From NCBI GenBank assembly GCA_002269645.1, contig NIVC01001833.1:124001-188000 (forward strand): a stretch of 64,000 bases of DNA, written 5' to 3'. Shown piece after piece: positions 57,465 to 64,000 of this stretch. This DNA is from Macrostomum lignano (lineage: Eukaryota). The translations under genes were made by a program, and so were the position numbers. The notes beneath the pieces were generated by a model, which saw only the letters and a program-made list of their open reading frames with translations, did no database searches and was not told where the DNA came from. The number at the start of each line of letters is the position of its first letter. Position 1 is the first letter of the stretch.

Positions 57465-59740
57465 GATGAGAGGGAGAGATGGGAGAGGGAGAGATGGGAG
57501 AGGTGAGAGAGGGAGAGATGAGAGAGGAAGAGGGGAGAGAGGGAGAGGTGAGAGAGGGAGAGATGAGAGAGGGAGAGATGGGAGAGGGAGAGGTGAGAGA
57601 GGGAGAGATGAGAGAGGGAGAGGTGAGAGAGGGAGAGGTGAGAGAGGGAGAGATGAGAGATGAGAGAGGGAGAGATGGGAGAGGAAGAGATGGGAGAGGA
57701 AGAGATGGGAGAGGAAGAGATAGGAGAGGGAGAGATGGGAGAGGAAGAGATGGGAGAGGGAGAGATGAGAGATGAGAGAGGGAGACATGGGAGAGGAAGA
57801 GATGGGAGAGGGAGAGATGGGAGAGGAAGAGATGGGAGAGGGAGAGATGAGAGATGAGAGAGGAAGAGATGGGAGAGAAAGAGATAGGAGAGGGAGAGAT
57901 GGGAGAGGAAGGATGGGAGAGGGAGAGATGAGAGATGAGAGAGGGAGAGATGGGAGAGAAAGAGATAGGAGAGGGAGAGATGGGAGAGGAAGGATGGGAG
58001 AGGGAGAGATGAGAGATGAGAGAGGAAGAGATGGGAGAGAAAGAGATAGGAGAGGGAGAGATGGGAGAGGAAGGATGGGAGAGGGAGAGATGAGAGATGA
58101 GAGAGGGAGAGATGGGAGGGGAAGAGATGGGAGAGGAAGAGATGGGAGAGGGAGAGATGGGAGAGGAAGAGATAGGAGAGGGAGAGATGGGAGAGGAAGA
58201 GATGGAAGAGGGAGAGATGAGAGATAAGAGAGGGAGAGATGAGAGAGGAAGAGATGGGAGAGGAAGAGATGGGAGAGGAAGAGATAGGAGAGGGAGAGAT
58301 GGGAGAGGAAGAGATGGGAGAGGGAGAGATGAGAGATGAGAGAGGGAGACATGGGAGAGGAAGAGATGGGAGAGGGAGAGATGGGAGAGGAAGAGATGGG
58401 AGAGGAAGAGATGGGAGAGGGAGAGATGAGAGATGAGAGAGGAAGAGATGGGAGAGAAAGAGATAGGAGAGGGAGAGATGGGAGAGGAAGGATGGGAGAG
58501 GGAGAGATGAGAGATGAGAGAGGAAGAGATGGGAGGGGAAGAGATGGGAGAGGAAGAGATGGGAGAGGAAGAGATGGGAGAGGAAGAGATAGGAGAGGGA
58601 GAGATGGGAGAGGAAGAGATGGAAGAGGGAGAGATGAGAGATAAGAGAGGGAGAGATGGGAGAGGAAGAGATGGGAGAGGAAGAGATGGGAGAGGGAGAG
58701 ATGAGAGATGAGAGAGGAAGAGATGGGAGAGGAAGAGATAGGAGAGGGAGAGATGGGAGAGGAAGAGATGGGAGAGGGAGAGATGAGAGATGAGAGAGGG
58801 AGAGATGGGAGAGGGAGAGGTGGGAAAGATGAGAGAGGGAGAGATAAGAGAGGGAGAGATGGAGAGAGGGAGAGGTGAGAGAGGGAGAGGTGAGAGAGGG
58901 AGAGATGAGAGATGAGAGAGGGAGAGATGGGAGAGGAAGAGATAGGAGAGGAAGAGATGGGAGAGGAAGAGATGGGAGAGGAAGAGATGGGAGAGGAAGA
59001 GATAGGAGAGGGAGAGATGGGAGAGGGAGAGATGAGAGATGAGAGAGGGAGACATGGGAGAGGAAGAGATGGGAGAGGAAGAGATGAGAGAGGAAGAGAT
59101 GGGAGAGGGAGAGATGAGAGATGAGAGAGGGAGAGATGGGAGGGGAAGAGATGGGAGAGGAAGAGATGGGAGAGGGAGAGATGGGAGAGGAAGAGATAGG
59201 AGAGGGAGAGATGGGAGAGGAAGAGATAGGAGAGGGAGAGATGGGAGAGGAAGAGATGGAAGAGGGAGAGATGAGAGATAAGAGAGGGAGAGATGAGAGA
59301 GGAAGAGATAGGAGAGGAAGAGATAGGAGAGGAAGAGATGGGAGAGGGAGAGATGGGAGAGGAAGAGATGGGAGAGGGAGAGATGAGAGATGAGAGAGGG
59401 AGAGATGGGAGAGGAAGAGATGGGAGAGGAAGAGATGGGAGAGGAAGAGATGGGAGAGGAAGAGATGAGAGATGAGAGAGGGAGAGATGGGAGAGGAAGA
59501 GATGGGAGAGGAAGAGATGGGAGAGGAAGAGATAGGAAAGGAAGAGATGGGAGAGGAAGAGATGGGAGAGGGAGAGATGAGAGATGGGAGAGGGAGAGAT
59601 GGGAGAGGGAGACGTGGGAAAGATGAGAGAGGGAGAGATAAGAGAGGGAGAGATGGAGAGAGGGAGAGATAAGAGAGGGAGAGATGGAGAGAGGGAGAGA
59701 TGGGAGAGTCGGGAGAAGGGGAGAGGGGAGAGGCAGAGAG
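57465..59740. repeat. GA-rich 15-bp-based minisatellite (GGGAGAGGGAGAGAT/GGGAGAGGAAGAGAT)
   Basis: Directly visible; source of the 764-aa and 538-aa S/L/P artefactual ORFs. Confidence 0.95.
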
Positions 59741-60384
59741 TGGATATCAAAAGAAGTATAATGTATAACCTATAATCAAATTTACGTAGCAGGCAAGTGA
59801 AGGAATGTATAATCTGAGACGGATATTATTGCAATAAAATTAAGAAAAGGCCTTCTTTGAATATAAATATTTGTTTTGAAATTTATTAACATACGAGTAC
59901 CAATTTCCTAGTGGTATTGCATTTGCATTCGCACACACTTTAGTTTGGAGTTGACATTGACTAGTCTACAGGGAATGGAGGTCGGAGGCTGAATGGAGAT
60001 GATGGAGACAGACTCACTCACTGTCACTAGCTGTAAACTTACATGTAAAATGTAATGTATACAAGTGTCATCTTTTACTCTTTCTCTTCTTTTGCTTGTT
60101 AGAAATTGTCTTCGTGCACCTTAAATGCAGGTCTCTTTTGAGTAGACACACACAGCGGTTAACAAATCTTTTAAACCTGACCTCAAACCCTCCAAGACCC
60201 AGTACAGAGTCCACAGACAAGACTGGGTCGGAGAAGAGAGAAGAGAACAGACCGAAGTAGACAGATAAGATTTAACCTAAAGAGTAAAAATAGAAATGAA
60301 TATATGTACGATTCTGCACGCTTAATGTTTGTAGTAACGTTGCAAATGCGTACCTGTGTGTGTGTGTGTGTCACTGACCTAGTG

Positions 60385-61240
60385 TGTGAACCTCTCCTTC
60401 CTCAGTGCGAATCTCTCCTTCCTCAGTGTGAACCTCTCCTTCCTCAGCATGAATCTCTTCTTCCTCAGTGTGAACCTCTCTTTCCTTAGTGTGAATCTCT
60501 CCTTCCTCAGCATGAATATCTCCTTCCTCAGTGTGAACCTCTCCTTCCTCAGTGTGAATCTCTCCTTCCTTAGTGTGAACCTCTCCTTCCTCAGTGTGAA
60601 CCTCTCCTTCCTCAGCATGAATATCTCCTTCCTCAGTGTGAACCTCTCTTTCCTCAGTGTGAATCTCTCCTTCCTCAGTGTGAATCTCTCCTTCCTCAGC
60701 ATGAATCTCTTCTTCCTCAGTGTGAACCTCTCTTTCCTTAGTGTGAATCTTTCCTTCCTCAGCATGAATATCTCCTTCCTTAGTGTGAATCTCTCCTTCC
60801 TCAGCATGAATCTCTTCTTCCTCAGTGTGAATCTCTCCTTCCTTAGTGTGAATCTCTCCTTCCTTAGTGTGAATCCCTCCTTCCTCAGTGTGAATCTCTC
60901 CTTCCTCAGCATTAATATCTCCTTCCTTAGTGTGAATCTCTCCTTCCTTAGTGTGAATCTCTCCTTCCTTAGTGTGAATCTCTCCTTCCTCAGCATGAAT
61001 CTCTTCTTCCTCAGTGTGAACCTCTCCTTCCTTAGTGTGAATCTCTCCTTCCTTAGTGTGAATCTCTCCTTCCTCAGCATGAATATCTCCTTCCTTAGTG
61101 TGAATCTCTCCTTCCTTAGTGTGAATCTCTCCTTCCTCAGCATTAATATCTCCTTCCTCAGTGTGAATCTCTCCTTCCTCAGTGTGAATCTCTCCTTCCT
61201 CAGCATGAATCTCTCCTTCCTTAGTGTGAACCTCTCCCCA
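60385..61240. repeat. 21-bp minisatellite (TCAGTGTGAATCTCTCCTTCC)
   Basis: Directly visible tandem array. Confidence 0.94.
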
Positions 61241-62049
61241 ATATAAATCGCTTGTAAAGAAATGTAAATCTATTCCTCAGTGTGAATCTCCTTCTTCAGT
61301 CATCATGTTGGTCGGGCTTCTTGTCCTTTCTCTCTTCTTCCAGTACAGCTGGGCCTGGGATATCAGTTAGCATAACTAGCAAAGTCCCACTCCCACCGCA
61401 AGACAAAGCCTATTGCCCTGCACTTTCTAACCCATGGTAAAGGTCCCCCCTCTTCCTTGAGCGTGACTCATAAGGGTATAAAAGCTGGAAAACGGACCCG
61501 ACCGCAGACTAAAAGTAAACCCTTGGTCTGGAATGGGATGATGGGAGGGGTACTTCTCTGGGAGGGGATCCCGAGTGTGGAGATAAAGATTTGTACGGGA
61601 CAAGGACGGCTTTCGTGGCAAATCGGGAATCCAGACCGTCTGTGTCCATGACCTTGAACTGGAATTTACGGCGGAGGGGGTTGCTTGCGGCAGACGTGCG
61701 TGGAAGGTCTAAGGATCGCTTCGCACTGTTGGGTGTGTAAAATCGGCAATTGTGACTCACTTTGACTCACTGACCTTGATAATTCTTTTCGCCACCAGCT
61801 ATTGAACTATTGTTAGTTGAAATTACTACTTGAAACGGATAAGTGAGTAGTAGGTCGATATGTAAGGCTAAATAAAATCACAATTTGTTTCAACAAAATA
61901 GAAAGAACTTGGATTTTTCTATGTATTCTACTTACATGCGAAACAAGAGTAGTGCGTTAAAGAAAGACGCTGTTTTTTATCTAAATCACCGAGAGTCTTG
62001 GAGTCCCACTTTAGTAATAACTCTAATTGATTCAAGTCGATTCACTATG

Positions 62050-62262
62050 CTCTCCTCTCCTCACCTCACCTCACCTCTCCTCTCCTCTCCTCTCCTCTCC
62101 TCTCCTCTCCTCTCCTCTCCTCTCCTCTCCTCTCCTCTCCTCTCCTCTCCTCTCCTCCTCTCCTCTCCTCTCCTCTCCTCTCCTCTCCTCTCCTCTCCTC
62201 TCCTCTCCTCTCCTCTCCTCTCCTCTCCTCTCCTCTCCTCTCCTCTCCTCTCCTCTCCTCCT
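62050..62262. repeat. (CCTCT)n pentanucleotide microsatellite
   Basis: Near-perfect run. Confidence 0.97.
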
Positions 62263-62267
62263 CTCGC

Positions 62268-62408
62268 GGGTTGCTTTCATAAACGCAAAACTTTGCAACC
62301 GCTAATTTTTTTGCAGTCATTTTCACAACCGCTAAAAAGACTGCCGTATATGAAAGTAAGTGCAAAAATTTTAGCGGTTGTGAAATTTCGCGTTTGTGAA
62401 ACCAACCC
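62268..62408. mobile_element. 141-bp MITE with ~48-bp imperfect terminal inverted repeats (GGGTTG...CAACCC)
   Basis: Left GGGTTGCTTTCATAAACGCAAAACTTTGCAACCGCTAA vs right-arm reverse complement GGGTTGGTTTCACAAACGCGAAATTTCACAACCGCTAA. Flanks CCTCTCGC/CCTCTCCC could be an 8-bp TSD but lie in CT-rich DNA. Confidence 0.75.
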
Positions 62409-62741
62409 CCTCTCCCCTCCTTTCTTATTCTATTCTATCCTTTCCTCACCTCTCCTCACCTCCTCCTCACTATCTTTACCTCTCAATTTCTCATTGCCTC
62501 TCCTCTTCTGTCCTTTCTTTCTCAGTCCCCTCTCTCCCCTCTCCTTTCTTCTACCAGAGTTTTTGCTAAAATTATGTTTCCAATTAAGATAGTGTCGTTT
62601 CTTGCAAAAATTTCTATTTCCCCCCACCTATTTGTGTTTTTTGCGCAAAAATGGACTCAATTATTTTCTTAGAAACTATAATGTTCCTGCCGCATCTACT
62701 TACTCAGCCTCTCTTAGCTGCATCCAGAAGTTTTAATCCAT

Positions 62742-62755
62742 GTTGTCATGACAAC
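62742..62755. promoter_or_regulatory. Perfect palindromic X-box (RFX-type site) GTTGTCATGACAAC
   Basis: Matches the GTHNYY-AT-RRNAAC X-box consensus; ~325 bp upstream of ATG 63080, with CCAAT near 62965. Confidence 0.5.
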
Positions 62756-63079
62756 GTTAAAAATGGACGCTGTCTTTCATATGTCCACTAGCTTTGTTCC
62801 ATAGTTCCATAGCGTGTCGCATTAAAAATTCACCTAATGACTTTTCCGTGAGAACTTAAATTGAGACTTCGATGCTATGTGCCCGTTTGTGTCAGCTGTC
62901 CAGTCATTGACGTAAATCATTCCTCACTCTGTGTCTAATTTTAAACTAGAGAGATTTCTTGTTGGTCCAATCACGCAGACCCGCGACTGCTGCGTGTGAA
63001 TATTAACAGCTACTTTCGCGGGACTCAGGACCGTCGCATCAAAAAATTTTCATGTGCAAAAATACTGGAGCATTGCAAC

Positions 63080-64000
63080 ATGAAATTTGCCTTAAGTCTG
63101 TACACCTTGGCCTTCTTGACTTCTCTGGCTTGTGGTGAGTAAACACAATGTTAGTTTTGTAAAATGATATTTAAGCTTACGTGCTACACGGGTCTCTCCT
63201 GACATCTTCACTGCGTGTGTCCTCTGACACCCCACTGTCTCTCCTGACATCTTCACTGCGTGTGTCCTCTGACACCCCACTGTCTCTCCTGACATCTTTA
63301 CTGCGTATGTCCTCTGACACCCCACTGTCTCTCCTGACATCTTCACTGCGTGTGTCCTCTGACACCCCACTGTCTCTCCTGACATCTTCACTGCGTGTGT
63401 CCTCTGACACCCCACTGACTCTCCTGACATCTTCACTGACCCCGTCGCTAGCCAGTGGGACACCAGCTAACTCTATCAAAGTCTTCTTCTTCTACCAGAA
63501 GTACAGCTTGCACTTTTGAATCCTGTCACGCAACTCCCATCTGATCTCCCCAACTTGCTCGCAGCCGACGTGCCGCCATTCGAGCTCACTGAGGCCCCGG
63601 TCCAGCTCAACGCCTCCTCGAGCAGCGAGCTTTTCAACTCCACCGGCTTGCGCTCCGACTCCGAGTGCCTCGCCGTCTGTCGGTCACGTGACTGTCTGGC
63701 AACCGCCTTCGTTCCATCGACCGGCTTCTGTCAGCAGCTGTTGGTGCACCACGATTCTCTGGGCCAGCAGCCTCAGGAGACTCGCGTGGACAGGCGACTG
63801 GGAGCCGAGCTGGGCGACTCCGGCATGCGCGTGTGGCGGCGAGAGGACTTCGACAGCCAGGTTGGGCAACGCCGCATCGGAGCACCTACGACGACAACTC
63901 CGACGACTACTCCAACGACAACTCCAACGACAACTCCGACGACAACTCCAACGACAACTCCGACGACAACTCCGACGACAACTCCGACGACAACTCCGAT
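63080..64000 (+). CDS. Secreted PAN/Apple-domain protein with Pro/Thr-rich (mucin-like) repeat; exons 63080-63134 and 63565-(>64000 or 63860); partial
   Basis: Signal peptide MKFALSLYTLAFLTSLAC; phase-1 intron GTGAGT...CTCGCAG. Exon 2 contains SECLAVCRSRDCLATAFVPSTGFCQ (PAN-like C-x3-C...C...C) and continues in frame into (PTTT)n to the window edge. The ORF track misses it because no stop is reached. Confidence 0.75.
63195..63440. repeat. 45-bp minisatellite in intron 1 of the PAN gene
   Basis: About 5 copies of CCCCACTGTCTCTCCTGACATCTTCACTGCGTGTGTCCTCTGACA; internal GTGTC/GACAC hairpin. Confidence 0.9.
63886..64000. repeat. 12-bp repeat CCGACGACAACT (codes PTTT if exonic)
   Basis: Runs to the window end; may be coding or intronic (possible donor CAG|GTTGGG at 63860/63861). 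Confidence 0.85.

Noticed and set aside
61427-61760. Short ORFs, including RRKFQFKVMDTDGLD (faintly C2-like)
   Set aside because: Similarity too short, with no flanking splice sites or supporting exons identified.

Overview
Eukaryotic (metazoan) genomic DNA, extremely rich in minisatellites. The gene style (compact co-directional genes, AG acceptors just before the ATG, tandem arrays in nearly every intron) suggests a Macrostomum-like flatworm; this is inference, not a database match. Manual splicing recovers eight gene models, all on the + strand. They are a ZNF511-like C2H2 protein (752-2425), an orphan Cys-rich/coiled-coil ORF with an apparent frameshift (3609-4072), UBXN11 (5959-8189), a two-domain SSAT-type GNAT acetyltransferase (9718-12496), DNAAF6/PIH1D3 (14749-19254), a Noc2/rabphilin-type Rab-effector gene nested on the same strand inside the DNAAF6 intron (15557-17718), a dissatisfaction/NR2E nuclear receptor (23940-33906), and a secreted PAN/Apple + Pro/Thr-rich protein running off the window end (63080-64000). 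Mobile elements are an internally deleted Ty3/Gypsy LTR element (antisense, ~25.5-27.5 kb), two copies of a tRNA-derived SINE and two MITE-like elements. About 34-62 kb is mostly large tandem arrays (31/20-mer, 40-mer, GA-rich, 21-mer). Most long ORFs in the supplied track are artefacts of these arrays. Main points of interest: the same-strand nested gene, the all-plus operon-like arrangement, a different minisatellite in 13 of 14 introns, and a dispersed array family built on a splice-donor-like core (CAGGTGAGATT).
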